In this document: positions 50,404-63,112 of the stretch, in pieces | How the letters are laid out: each line of letters opens with the position of its first letter | How positions within the stretch are numbered: the stretch's first letter is position 1 | Source: Octopus vulgaris | Lineage: Eukaryota | NCBI GenBank assembly: GCA_951406725.2 | Contig: OX597816.1 | Span: 2,294,001-2,358,000 of the forward strand | Length of the DNA stretch: 64,000 bases | Direction: 5' to 3' | Translations under genes and position numbers: made by a program | The notes under the pieces: generated by a model | Databases searched by the model: none | Seen by the model: only the letters and a program-made list of their open reading frames with translations | What the model was told of the DNA's origin: nothing

Positions 50404-51904
50404 CTCTTTTTACTCTTTTACTTGTTTCAGTCATTTGACTGCGGCCATGCTGCAGCACCACCTTTAGTCGAGCAAATCGACCCCAGGACTTATTCTTTGT
50501 AAGCCCAGTACTTATTCTATCGGACTCTTTTGCCGAACTGCTAAGTGACGGGGACGTAAACACACCAGCATCGGTTGTCAAGCAATGCTAGGGGGACAAA
50601 CACAGACACACAAACACATACATACGAGGGGCGTTCAATAAGTAATGCCTCTGACCCACTTGCAGTTGTTTGATCTAGCTGAAATTTTGCATGTGCAATT
50701 ACCTATATCTCTATAGATTAAGTGGCAAATTACAGCTCTGAACTAATTGTGGTTTCTGATTTACAGGTGTTTGAACTGAGTCAAGTGTGAAACGGAGCCT
50801 GTTGAGTGTCGAGCAGTGATGCGGTTTTTGTATTTGAAAGGACGCACACCACGGGAGACTTTTGATGAAATGAAAGTAACTTATGGTGATGATGCCCCAT
50901 TATATGACCTTGTAAATCGCTGGCATCGTGAATTCAAACATTGTTGGAACTTTGTGGAAACAGCTCCCAGATCTGGTCACCCCCTTCTGCCATTGATGAG
51001 GCATCTGTCCGTCAAGTTGAGGCTGCCATTTTGGAAGATCGACGCATAACTATTCGCCAAATAGCCCATGAGGTCAAGATTAGTACCGGGTCTGTGGAAA
51101 CTATCATTCATGACCATATGCATATGCAAAAGGTGTCTGCCAGATGGATTCCCAGGCTGCTCACACCTTTCCAGAAGCAAGAACGCGTCGATAGCGCGAG
51201 GATGAATTTGAAGATGTGCCAAGAAGATGAGTCAAAATTTTTCAAAAGACTGATTACACAGAATGAAACCTGGGTTCATCACTATGATCCAGAGAACAAA
51301 GCCCAGTCAATGCAGTGGAAGCACCGTGACTCACCTCCTCCAAAGAAGGCAAGGGTGCAGCCCTCCGCTGGCATGGTCATGCTCACATAATTTTGGGACC
51401 AGGACAGAGTAGTGATGACAGATTTCTTGGCAAAGGGTGCCACAATTACAGGAGTCTATTATGCTTCCCTTTTGAGGAAATTAAGAGAAGCTATCAAGAT
51501 CAAGAGGCGGGGCAAGATCAGCAAAGGCATCCTCCTCCTGCAGGACAACGCTCCGATCCACAACTCGCGTGTCGCCAGATCAGAAGCACAGGCGTGCGGC
51601 TATGAACTCATCCCCCATCTCCTGACCTGCACCCTCTGATTTTCACCTCTTCCCAGCCATGAAGTTGTTTTTGAAAGGAAAGCGTTTCCCAGATGATGCA
51701 GCCTTGATTTCTGAAGTCACGTCGTGGTTGGAGGACCAAGCTGGGGTCTTCTACAAAACCGGTCTTCAGAGCTGCATCAAACGATGGGAGAAATGCGTAA
51801 CTCTGAGTGGTTCCTATGTAGAAAAAGACTAATAACTGTGCCAAGTTTCGTTGCTCTACTGCTATGGGAAGTGGGTCAGGGGCATTACTTATTTAACGCC
51901 CCTC

Positions 51905-51943
<39 letters not shown>

Positions 51944-52108
51944 TAGGACTGGATTGTTTCTGTTTCCGTCTACCAAATCCGCTCAGAAGGCATTGGTCGG
52001 CCCGGGGCTATAGCAGAAGATACTTGCCCAAGATGCCACGCAGTGGGACTGAACCCAGAACCATATGGTTGGTTAGCAAGCTACTTACCACACAGCCACT
52101 CCTGCGCC
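50404..52108 (-). mobile_element. tRNA SINE (32969 family) split by a mariner
   Basis: 3' half at 50404-50624 and 5' half at 51906-52108; together they equal the reverse complement of 32969-33383. Confidence 0.92.
50625..51905 (+). mobile_element. Full-length mariner (irritans/Hsmar2-like), transposase pseudogene
   Basis: 1281 bp, TA TSD, ~36-bp TIRs CGAGGGGCGTT(C/A)AATAAGTAATGCC(T/C)CTGACCCACT. Motifs WIPRLLT, ITQNETWVHHYDPE, LQDNAP and APSDFHLF; frameshifts and a stop at 51388-51390. Confidence 0.96.
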
Positions 52109-52950
52109 TATATATATATATATATACACATACACATATAAAATCAGATTTGGTGATACAAGCTAGAAAATAGAACTCCAGGTGTGTGTGTGTGTGTGTT
52201 CTTTGGCAAAAGGGATTCAGGGGCTGAGGGTTTCATGCATTGCTACTTATCAAGCATGTTTTAATAAGTGCCATTGCACTAAACTCTTGAATCACTCTGT
52301 AACTTATGCCGATTATTAATATATATACATATATAAAGCAAATTCACTTTGTTGGCACCAATCAAACAAGTTGATAGCTGGCTAACTGCTATTTTCTCTA
52401 TAATTTTTCACTGATGTCTTTCAGCTCCAACAGAGATGAGTGTAGTACTTTTCTGCTGTGATCCAGTTTTTTTACCTTTTTCTTTTTGCTTTACTTTCTC
52501 TTATTCTATGCTTAGTCACATCCTCCTCTCTATTGTCAGATTACATTCTCATTAACATTTTAGATAAACATAGGATAGAGGCTTTTTTTTTTTTTTTTTT
52601 TTAGTAGCAAATATATTGTAGCTAGGAGCAGATTTACCTAAACACTTTCTTATTTTTTCGCTGGTAGACTAAGATAAAACATAAAGTACTTATATCACTG
52701 GAATGGTAGATGGTAATCTTTTTGGTGGAGCAACTGAAGAGAGCATTTTACATACGTGTGTGTAAGATCACTAGAAATGGTGGTGATGATATCATTTAAG
52801 GATAGAGAGCTAGACTAAGTGCTATGGTATTGAGTTCAGTGACACTGCCTGAGTTCAAAATCTTGCAGCTGTCATTTTGATTCCAATGCCAAGAAAATTG
52901 TACAGGTAAGACAAGGGAAGGAGTTATTCAATCAGTTATACTCATCTTGG

Positions 52951-53356
52951 AGTAACAACAGACCTTTTCTGTTTGGCTATACTTTTTGAAATTCTAAAAT
53001 TAAGTGAAAATTTTCAAATTTGGTGTATTGATGTAATTTTTCATGCTGAATCTCAAGGCCTAATTCACTTGTTCCAGAAAAATTTTGAAAAAAAGTTACA
53101 GAGGTTTAAAGTTTGATCATTTTTACCCAGTCAGAAAACAGGACATTTGTGAGTGATGGCATGTGTTTTAATATCAGTCTGTTAACAAATGAAATATTGG
53201 CAGAATTCTGCTTTATGCATGCCACATAACTTTCTATTTTTTGAAATTTTCAGAAAATTTTCGTGAATTTGTATTCTACACGAGAATTCATATGATTATG
53301 CAAAAACTGAAAATAAAAATGTTGGTGCGTGGTTTAAGGCTTATTTAGCTGTTACT
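52951..53356. mobile_element. Candidate non-autonomous DNA transposon with short TIRs
   Basis: agtaacaac...gctgttact ends around an AT-rich, MITE-like interior; no clean TSD. Confidence 0.35.
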
Positions 53357-53932
53357 TTTAGCACATATCATGACCACCTCATACCTCATGTATTTTAAGC
53401 ATTTTATAAGTGAAAAATGACCATATGGCTGGACAGGATAGCAACAGTTGAGTAAGCAACTTGGTAACAGCTTGGCACCTGTATGCCTCTGGCTTTCAAT
53501 TGGTTAAAATTACTCCAAATTTGCAAAATTTAAAAGCTGTTGACTCTTTATTGACTTATGACAGAAATGAATTTCATGTCAATAATTGACATACAAAACT
53601 ACATCAATACACCAAATATGAAATCAATTCGAACAAAATTGAAGAAATTGATAAGTGGCAGCCAAACAGAAAAGATCTGTAACAACACCAAATACTTGGC
53701 AAATCCTCAATCAAGCAAGAACCTATACTTTAAATTTTTAGATAATGCTTAAAACATGACATAAAAATCTATTTCCTAATCTTGTCTTGTTTGCTCCCAT
53801 CCTCAACGTTGAGCAGTGAGGACCATGGATGCATGCACCATCTCTCTTCATCGATTGCTGCCTCTGGTCCTGGTTATGCTTTCAGAGGTCTTCTGATCCA
53901 TTCTTTTCATGTCATTCAGCCAGCGTCTTCTG

Positions 53933-54395
53933 GGTCTCACTCTTCCTTATTTCCTTTTGAGGATGTGGATGCTGAGATTCTGGGCTCTGATAATGCAACC
54001 AAAATGCTACATCTTTCTCTTTCTAACAGTGTCAAAAATCTCCTGTTTCCAATTCACTCAAGGACTGACTTGTTTGTTAACATTTGATCAAATGTTGGCC
54101 CCCACTGATCCTTGCTACTCTTTGGTAGCATGTTGTTTCAAATGCCTTCAGTTTGACAGTGTGGTCTCACTCTTCCTTATTTCCTTTTGAGGATGTGGAT
54201 GCTGAGATTCTGGGCTCTGATAATGCAACCAAAATGCTACATCTTTCTCTTTCTAACAGTGTCAAAAATCTCCCGTTTCCAATTCACTCAAGGACTGACT
54301 TGTTTGTTAACATTTGATCAAATGTTGGCCCCCACTGATCCTTGCTACTCTTTGGTAGCATGTTGTTTCAAATGCCTTCAGTTTGACAGTGTGGT
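53933..54395. repeat. 230-bp tandem duplication next to an old RTE-like C-terminal relic
   Basis: 53933-54162 equals 54163-54392 with one mismatch seen; GGT microhomology at the junction; minus-strand RPRRRWLNDMK adjacent. Confidence 0.93.
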
Positions 54396-55093
54396 TGAGA
54401 AATGTACTTTGCAACCTCATCATTCAATGCCAAATATGTGGTACCTTGGGCAAGTGTCTTCTGCTTTTGCCTCAAGCTAACCAATACCTTGTGAGTGAAT
54501 TTGTTTGATGGAAACTATGTAGATGCCGGTCATGTGTGGGTGTGTCCGTGTGTCCATGCCCTTTCCACTGCTTAACAGCTGATGTTGATGATAGCAGATG
54601 CTTCGATATTGTGAGTACCTTCCATTTAACTCAGCATGTCGAATCAGTATTTCTTCGCTTGCAATGCATATTCAACTCACCAAGTAGTCAATGCAAAAGC
54701 TATCTGTGCTTAAAAATCTTTTTAAGCATTCCTATAAAATAATAATGGTAAATGAAAAGCATATCAGATATAATAAATTTGGCTTTCCAAGAATTATGCC
54801 TTGCTGTTTTCCACTCTAGCAGCAGTGAAGAATTCCCTGTGATGCAAGTAATTGAGCTTTTATGTGACTCAGTGGAATGTTGGGATGTTATTGGACAGAT
54901 ATCAGATTGCTCGAGTTGAGGCTGACCTCTGTTGAAAAGATATGCCTTCAGTACAGTTGCTGTCTGTGAGGTCAGGCTGCTAGAATATGACAGTACAGTA
55001 CAGCCCGAGTCCAGGGTAAGCTTTGCAGCTGTAGGTCAAATTAGACCAAGGGCTAACTGCTGTTGCTGTCTAATGAATTTAGCCAAACATTAA

Positions 55094-55313
55094 CCCTTTC
55101 GTGTTCAGATTAATCTGCCAAATGAAATGGTTATGCATTCACATTGCTTTCAATTAATCATGCATTATTTCATAGCTTTGGGATTTCGATGGTGTGATTG
55201 TTTATATTTAGAATTACATTGTAGGGTAGGTGTGAGAGGCGAAATCTGGCAAGTTTGAACATAAGATAGGTAGAATATTTAGGCCGGATATGGCCGGTTT
55301 GAATGCTAAAGGG
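55094..55313. mobile_element. piggyBac-type MITE family A, intact ends
   Basis: TTAA|CCCTTT...AAAGGG|TTAA, 220 bp. Confidence 0.88.
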
Positions 55314-56217
55314 TTAAGTGACGGATGACATCAAGTGATACTTGTAAGGAACTACTCACCAGTGTTGTTTTCCCTGGTTGGTTGCAAATGTGACAATGTA
55401 ACCCTAGCTGCGGCCACTCAGACATTTCGCTCCTGTTTCTCTTCCATTTGCATGTCTAACTCACTCACTGAGTCATTTCGTTTATTTAGTCAGAGAATCT
55501 ATTTTGGGTCTAAGCAGCTTGCAGTGAGAAGCAAAGTAGGTCTTATTCTTTTATCCAAACTGTAACTCTTGGCTTTTAAAATCAGCGATATTTATTACAA
55601 TATTATAAAAGGTGTATGGTTGTTTACATATCTTATCAAACGGGAGTCTTTAAGTCTATTACAGATGTGGTGTGGTTGGATTGAATTTGGTGGTTTAGCT
55701 TAACAGAATTGCGTTTGTAATCAAAGTCTGACCCCATTCTGTCGACAGATTTAATTAAAATTTGAAGATCTGTGTTCATTGTTTTCACTTACATGTGTGC
55801 ATATAATTTTCAAATGATGCTTATGAAAGGAGAATTATAATGAACCTTTAAAAATAAAAATGTCAAATTTATTTCTAAAGAACATTTGTTCAGTTGATCA
55901 GAACCACAAGTGGGTTTGGGGTTCATGAATCAAGTATGAAGGGATCAATATTTGAGAGATCAGAAGATTATGTCTCTACTTGTGACATAACAATCATTGT
56001 TAATAATTAAACATAGACTCTACTGGAAAACTGGAAAGATGCTTACAGTACATCTGACCAAGAGATAAGCTTTCAACATGACTAAGTCTATTTAATTGCC
56101 GCATCTTTGAGTCATGCTGTGAGAAGAATGCACCAGTGTCCGATATGGTAGCTTATAACTTGTATTGTTACTGATTAATGTTCTGTAGAGTTTTATGGTT
56201 GGGGGTTTCATTTACAT

Positions 56218-56262
<45 letters not shown>

Positions 56263-56269
56263 TGAGTGA

Positions 56270-56300
<31 letters not shown>

Positions 56301-57353
56301 TCTTTCCATGTTATGTTCATTTGTCTTGATTGCTTACTAAATAATAGATCCTGCTGTAAGCTGCTTGTGTTAATCCTTGTCTGTAAGGAAATTAATAAAG
56401 TATATTGAGGTAGGAGTGAAGTCCTGTGGTGCAGCAGCAGCAGTCCCTGACTCCTTAAAGGTAACTTCAGGTACAACGTTGAAAACAAATGAGGGAAAGG
56501 AGCAAAGAAAGGAAAAAAGGAAAGCTCAGAGTAAGATATCTGTAGGAGGAGATAGTCATTAAGTTAAATAAACAATTATTTGATTAAAGAACAGCCAATG
56601 TTTGTTTAATGTTGTTTCCTTTGTGCCTTACAGTTGGCTCTCTCTTACAGGTAGACTGGTGGCTAGCGAGATGATGCAGCTGATATTTAATTTAATTGTT
56701 TATCTTAAGTAGATACAGTATGTTTTAGGAATGATCTTTGGCACCTTGCAAGAAGAAAGGGGAGAAAATACCCCCCCCCCCACTCTGCTGCTCTCTATGT
56801 TCTGTGTCTATTATTAATATATAGGGCTTTCTCGTTTGATTCTCTTGCAAACATACCTAACATATGTTCTGTATTAGGCAATCCTAGTTCTACGCAATTG
56901 CTACCATGTTTGTGGTTCTTTTCTTCTACACATTGAAGGGCCCACCACACACACACACACAGCTTGTCTCTATGTATATTTAAAAAATATATACATATAC
57001 AGAAATGAGTGCATATTTTGGTGCTATGGTGTAATTCTTATCAAGGATATTTAATTGGTTGCTTGCATGTGCTGTAGGCCATTGGAATTGGTGTGGGTTT
57101 ATCTTTCTGTGTAATCAGCCTTTTTGATCCTCCCTTTTTGCTCTACTCCATCATATATTAAACTCATTGATTTATGTGTCCTTATCTTCCTGTCTTATTC
57201 TTATAACATCATGCATCATCACTATCAACATCATCATCAACATTGTCCACATCCATGCCGGGTCATTTCTTCAAAAACATTCATTATTTCATCGATTTCC
57301 TGCGATATTTGTAAATGTAATAATTTGTGAAGTTTCACTAGCTTTTTGATTGT

Positions 57354-57777
57354 TTCCGAACGTGGCCGTAGCCAGTACCGCATCGACTGGCCTCCGTGCT
57401 GTGGGCACGTAACAAGCACCATCCGATCGTGGCCGTTTTGCCAGCCTCATCTGGCACCTGTGTCGGTGGCACATAAAAACACCATCCGAGCGTGGCCGTC
57501 TGCCAGCCTCGTCTGGCACCTGTGTCGGTGGCACATAAAAAAACACCATCCGAGCGTGGCCGTTTGCCAGCCTCGTCTGGCACCTGTGTCGGTGGCACAT
57601 AAAATCACCCACTACACTCTCGGAGTGGTTGGCGTTAGGAAGGGCATCCAGCTGTAGAAACACTGCCAGATCTGACTGGACTGGTGCAGCTTTCGGGCTC
57701 CCCAGACCCCAGTTGAACCGTCCAACCCATGCTAGCATGGAAAGCGGACATTAAATGATGATGATGATGATGATGAT
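57354..57777 (+). mobile_element. RTE 3' end with 4 array units
   Basis: Near identical to 61802-62221; TGATTGT on both flanks. Confidence 0.92.
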
Positions 57778-57968
57778 TGTGTGTGTGTGTGTACAATGAT
57801 GATGTGCACATGTTTACCTGAGGGTTTATGTGTCATTATGAATATTTGTGTATGTGTTGCTTTATATGTATTATTTTCTTAAAATCTGCTCACTTCCAGC
57901 GATTACTAAATTTTTGATCATTTGCAGTTAATTTACTTATTGATTCCATAAAGATGTATTTTATTGAT

Positions 57969-58326
57969 TTCGTGGCCGATGCCAGCGCCGCCTCGACTGG
58001 CTTCTGTGTCGGTGGCACATAAAAAGCACCATCCGAATCGTGGCCGAAGCCAGTGCCGCCTCGACTGGCTTCCGTGCAGGTGGCACGTAAAATGCACCAA
58101 TCCGACCGTGGCCGATGCCAGCCTCGCCTGGCACCAGTGCAGGTGGCACGTAAAAAGCACCCACTACACTCACGGAGTGGTTGGCGTTAGGAAGGGCATC
58201 CAGCTGTAGAAACACTGCCAGATCAGACTGGAGCCTGGTGCAGCCTTCTGGCTTCCCAGATCCCCGGTCGAACCGTCCAACCCATGCTAGCATGGAGAAC
58301 GAAGTTAAACGATGATGATGATGATG
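57969..58326 (+). mobile_element. RTE 3' end with 3 array units and 10-bp TSD
   Basis: TTTTATTGAT at 57959-57968 and 58327-58336. Confidence 0.92.
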
Positions 58327-58928
58327 TTTTATTGATAGGATATTGGTACCTAATCTCCTCTGCTTATCATACATACTATTTCCTTTCCCAGGTGTCTCTA
58401 ATCTCAGCATGTTATTTCTTAATGATATTTGATCAGCTGGCCACATCAATAAATACCTGCTGAATCTTGAACAAAATTGTCTGAGTGATTTCCTTTAAAA
58501 CTAGGTCCTTAAGTAGGTCCTCATCAACATTTCTCAGAAGCTGATTAGTTGCAGTATTTTGCCCACCTGTAAAATCACTCTTTTGGACATCACTTTTTTC
58601 TCAAGACAACACCTTGTTCTTAATTTTAACTTCCTTGAGTTCATCTATGCTGTTCATCCTTCTTGAGTCAATAAAACAAATACCTGTAATGTATTGGAGT
58701 TGAGTTCATTAAATATGTCTCCTATCTGTTATAAAAAGAAAATATAGTATATCCTTCCAGTTTCTAGCAAACCACTTCTGCAATCAAATGAAAATTGCTT
58801 CATTTATGTTCTTAATGACCAGTGGCAACAGCAGGAATATCATACTTATATATACTTTGTAAAGGGAACTGGTTGCTTCTTTACACTTTTGGAGTGCAAC
58901 TTGGGTGCAACACAATTTCCTTTCTTTT

Positions 58929-59420
58929 TGTTTCTAGAAACTACCAGTCGGTAACAAAACGCAACTTTAAAAGTATATATGATTCTTTATTCTCTGTTTC
59001 AACAATGAAACACGATGGTATACTGGTATCCACCTAGTTCAACACAGCAAGGCCGAATTCTAACGTTCGTAAGCTTCTTACAACAATTCAGCAGCAACGG
59101 AACAGGTCAAATCCTAAGCGTCTGGGACAGGAGAATAGGCTGATCACAGGATTCAAAATATACGTCCTTTCTCTTCTATCGCCGTGTCTCAAGTCCCCGA
59201 CGCTATTAAGGAACGTGAATAGAATTTCTTCTTCAGTCTCTAGCGCATGTGCATGAGGGAACTTCCTTATGCCTTTCCAGAAGGTTCCAACCCCGCACAC
59301 GCACACTGAAGAAGGACCCTCCGCACACGCACACTGAAGATGAAGAATGACGTTGTGTGTGCGCACACTGGAATATGATGTCACTACAACTTCCTCTAAC
59401 TGGAGTTCTTATACCAAGCA
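58929..59420 (-). other. CpG-rich insertion, possibly a solo LTR
   Basis: Many CpGs relative to flanks; 20-bp direct repeat at 59293 and 59321; minus-strand TGTAGTG...AATAAA...ACA layout; no TSD found. Confidence 0.35.
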
Positions 59421-59529
59421 TAAATCTAAAAATCTAAAAAAGAAAAATTATAAGCTCTAATGTTTTATTCTAGTGCAGCAGGTGCAGCAGGTGTTTGCTT
59501 TGCATTTTTGTGTTTTACTTTTTTGTTGA

Positions 59530-59808
<279 letters not shown>

Positions 59809-60600
59809 TAGAAGGGAAAATAGAATTAAATTTTCTGGGGGTGATGTCCCAGCATGGCCACAGTCCAGTGAGTGAAAAGGCTAAACAAAATTCCTCTCCA
59901 ATGTATTTTTATGCCCTACTAAAATATTCTAGAATAAATATTTTATTCAAAAATAATTGATTAAATTATAATAATTTTTTCATTTTACCAGTAGATATTT
60001 ATCATATATTAAAACTGGAAATTCTAGATTATTCTAACAAATGATGTCTCTGGTTCAGCCACTTTTTCATAATAGTTCTTGAAACAATAACTCACAGAAT
60101 TTATGATTTCTGATGGCAGTTCAATGGCAATTTTATTGATTTTAGTTGTTTAGTTCTTCTCTTTCAAACAGTATGCATTTAAAATCACACGTTATCTAAA
60201 TTGGTTTACTATTGCAATTTCCAAATCATTTTCCTTTCTTTAATAAAATTCCTCTGCTATTGCTTAAATATACATCAAAATACTCATTATTCTGTCACAT
60301 TACATTTAGGGAGAAGAGCAAAAGCAATCCTAATCCTAGTTTTTTGGGGGGTTTTTTTGGGTTTTTTTCTTTTTGCTGTGAAATATCATTACACTCTTAA
60401 ATTTTCACTAACAATTTCATACATAAAATATATAATTCAAAGTAGTTTGAAATGTTGATAGATTTCTTTTCCTTATAATTTGATACTGTTTGTTAGTTCT
60501 AAAGAGCCTTATATATTGCAACCGTTTCTCTTTTTCATCTTTGCTCAAACAAAACATGGGGAAAAAACAGTTCTTAAATTTTGTAATAAAATTTAGATCA

Positions 60601-60851
60601 CTCATCATCATCATCACCATAATGTCCACTTTTCCATGCTTACATGGTTGGACAGAATCTGTTGAAGCACACTTTCTACAGTTGGGTGCTCTTCCTGCCA
60701 CTAATCCTCACTTGTTTCACAGTGAGGTAATATTTCCCCAGGGCCAGAAATGTTCTCAGTGAAAGATTCTACTTGTATGACAGTGGCACTCATTTACAAT
60801 TATCACATAATGTTAACACAAGGAGATGCTAATACATACCTGCACGCATGT

Positions 60852-60884
<33 letters not shown>

Positions 60885-61075
60885 CACACACATGCACACA
60901 TAAACACACGTGTAAATATACAATAGATTTCTTTAAGTTTCTACTTACCAAATCCACTCACAAGATTTTTGTTGACCTGGGGTTATAATAGAAGACACTT
61001 GCTCAAAGTGGCACATGGTGGGACTGAACCCAAAACCATGTGGTTGGGAAGCAAGCTTCTGAACTGCACAGCCAC
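60601..61075 (-). mobile_element. Full-length tRNA SINE with CA microsatellite and RTE-derived tail
   Basis: Head (cacagccac, gggactgaaccc, gaagacacttgctcaa) as in the 32969 SINE; 3' part ends in ttccatgcttacatgg and (CAT)n. Confidence 0.8.
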
Positions 61076-61276
61076 ACACTTTTCATTATACTTGCTAAGT
61101 TTATAAACCAAACTAGATTCAGTGTTATTTTCTTGTTGCACATCATTTGTTAGCAAAATAGCGTTAGAGATTCTTATTAAGTGTTAAATTGTGCATATGC
61201 ATTACATGTTGTTGGTGTATAGAGGGAAAAAAAAGGGGATAAAAAGAGATCCTTTGAGAGGCATATACATTTATAG

Positions 61277-61455
61277 GGCTGGTTTCTCGGCTTCTGTGGT
61301 GATTATATACCTCACCTGGATGGGACGACAGTCCCTCACAGGATTACTCATTTTTGCCTGGTGAGTGGACTGGAGCAACATGGAATGAAGTGTTTTGATC
61401 AAGAATGCATCACCTGGTCCAGGAATTGAAACCACAATCTTACAATCATGAGTTG
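61277..61455 (-). mobile_element. Degenerate SINE with V-domain-like body
   Basis: Reverse strand: ggtttcaattcc B box, ttgctccagtccactca...aaatgagta..cctgtgagggactgtcgtcccatccagg; its 3' part also occurs in each unit of 22969-24175. Confidence 0.55.
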
Positions 61456-61726
61456 TTGTATAGAGCATTGTATAACACCTTTCTCTGTGTTACCAAAATG
61501 TTTTTGACTGCATATGCACTGATTGTAATGGTTAACAGCTATGCATTCATAGCTGACAGTCATTGGTTGCCAGCCCATAAACAAACTTTATGCTGTCTAC
61601 ATGTGTTCAATTGTGAGGTTTTGGAATGCTGTTTGAACAGTTCTATGATTTTCACAATGGCTAATAATAATGTTTAAGCAACATGCCTGCATCAAATTTT
61701 GAATGAAGCTCATTAAAATATACAAA

Positions 61727-62221
61727 AACAAATCAAAATAGATGAACATCAATGGAATTTGTATCTTTGTGGTACCAGTGCTGGTGGCACACAAGAAAAC
61801 CATCCGAACGTGGCCGTAGCCAGTACCGCATCGACTGGCCTCCGTGCTGTGGGCACGTAACAAACACCATCCAATCGTGGCCGTTCGCCAGCCTCATCTG
61901 GCACCTGTGTCGGTGGCACATAAAAACACCATCCGAGCGTGGCCGTCTGCCAGCCTCGTCTGGCACCTGTATCGGTGGCACATAAAAAACACCATCCGAG
62001 CGTGGCCGTTCGCCAGCCTCGTCTGGCACCTGTGTCGGTGGCACATAAAATCACCCACTACACTCTCGAAGTGGTTGGCGTTAGGAAGGGCATCCAGCTG
62101 TAGAAACACTGCCAGATCTGACTGGCCTGGTGCAGCCTTCGGGCTCCCCAGACCCCAGTTGAACCGTCCAACCCATGCTAGCATGGAAAACAGACGCTAA
62201 ATGATGATGATGATGATGATG
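61727..62221 (+). mobile_element. RTE 3' UTR with 4 array units
   Basis: Start matches the reverse complement of 27250-27310, tying these repeats to the RTE; (GAT)n tail. Confidence 0.93.
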
Positions 62222-62909
62222 AACTGAGGCCCTCAGAATGTTTCCTCAGGCTGTTGGTGAACATTTTGTCAGACACAGGTTTTTCAGAGGCGTGCATGTT
62301 TCAAACTTGGTTGAATGTCAGCTCAAGACTGAGCCTTCAAAACAACCAATCTTTAGCAAAAACATCAGAAAATGTAGAAAAATAAGAAAATTAGTGAACC
62401 CATCCACTTGATATTCCATCAGATGTTTAATCAGATCGGAATCAATTGTGGAGGTCTTATCAGGAGATTCACACTGAAGACCTAAACATACATTGTATTA
62501 CTGTGACATTTGTCCTCTGGTTTTTGACATTTGGTGATATACATTGTGGGCTTAGGGAGAAAGTTAACATTATTTACTGGAGGAATGGTGTACCTTTTTC
62601 TTTTGTTTAAGGTCTGGTGCAGAAACTTTCTAATACCACCTTGGATATATCATTATTCCACCATTTAATAGGCTTCCTTATGAAAGTGGACATCACAAAC
62701 AGCCCAAACTAATGGTTAAGGACATGTTGCTTGTGCTTTTGTGTATTTGCATGGTTGTCACTCTGTATTGTGAAGTGTTCCTAATTACAACTGTCTGTGT
62801 GGGGGGAATGGGGAAAGAAGACAGTCTGCTTTTACTTTGTATTGGGCCCTTAATGTGTAGGACAATGTAAGCTTTGTTTCTATCTCCTCCACAGAAATAT
62901 TTTACCTAA

Positions 62910-63112
62910 CCCTTTGATACCAACCTACCTGAGATCACCCCTGCTCCTAAGATAGAAACCTGTTTTAAATTAAAATCTTCCTTCAAAATTTCATATCAAT
63001 TCACGTTCCAAACCCCAACTTAATATTGACAAAGTTACTTTATCAATTTTTTAAAATTATTTTTAAAATTAATTAAAACCAAGGCAATGTATTTCAATGA
63101 ATGATGAAAGGG
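62910..63112. mobile_element. piggyBac-type MITE family B
   Basis: CTAA|CCCTTTGATACC...AAAGGG|TTAA; reverse orientation of 46441-46658. Confidence 0.78.

Noticed and set aside
52869-52905. Possible micro-exon (tgcag|...tacag|gtaag)
   Set aside because: Weak polypyrimidine tract, 37 nt and no ARHGAP39 similarity; needs RNA-seq.
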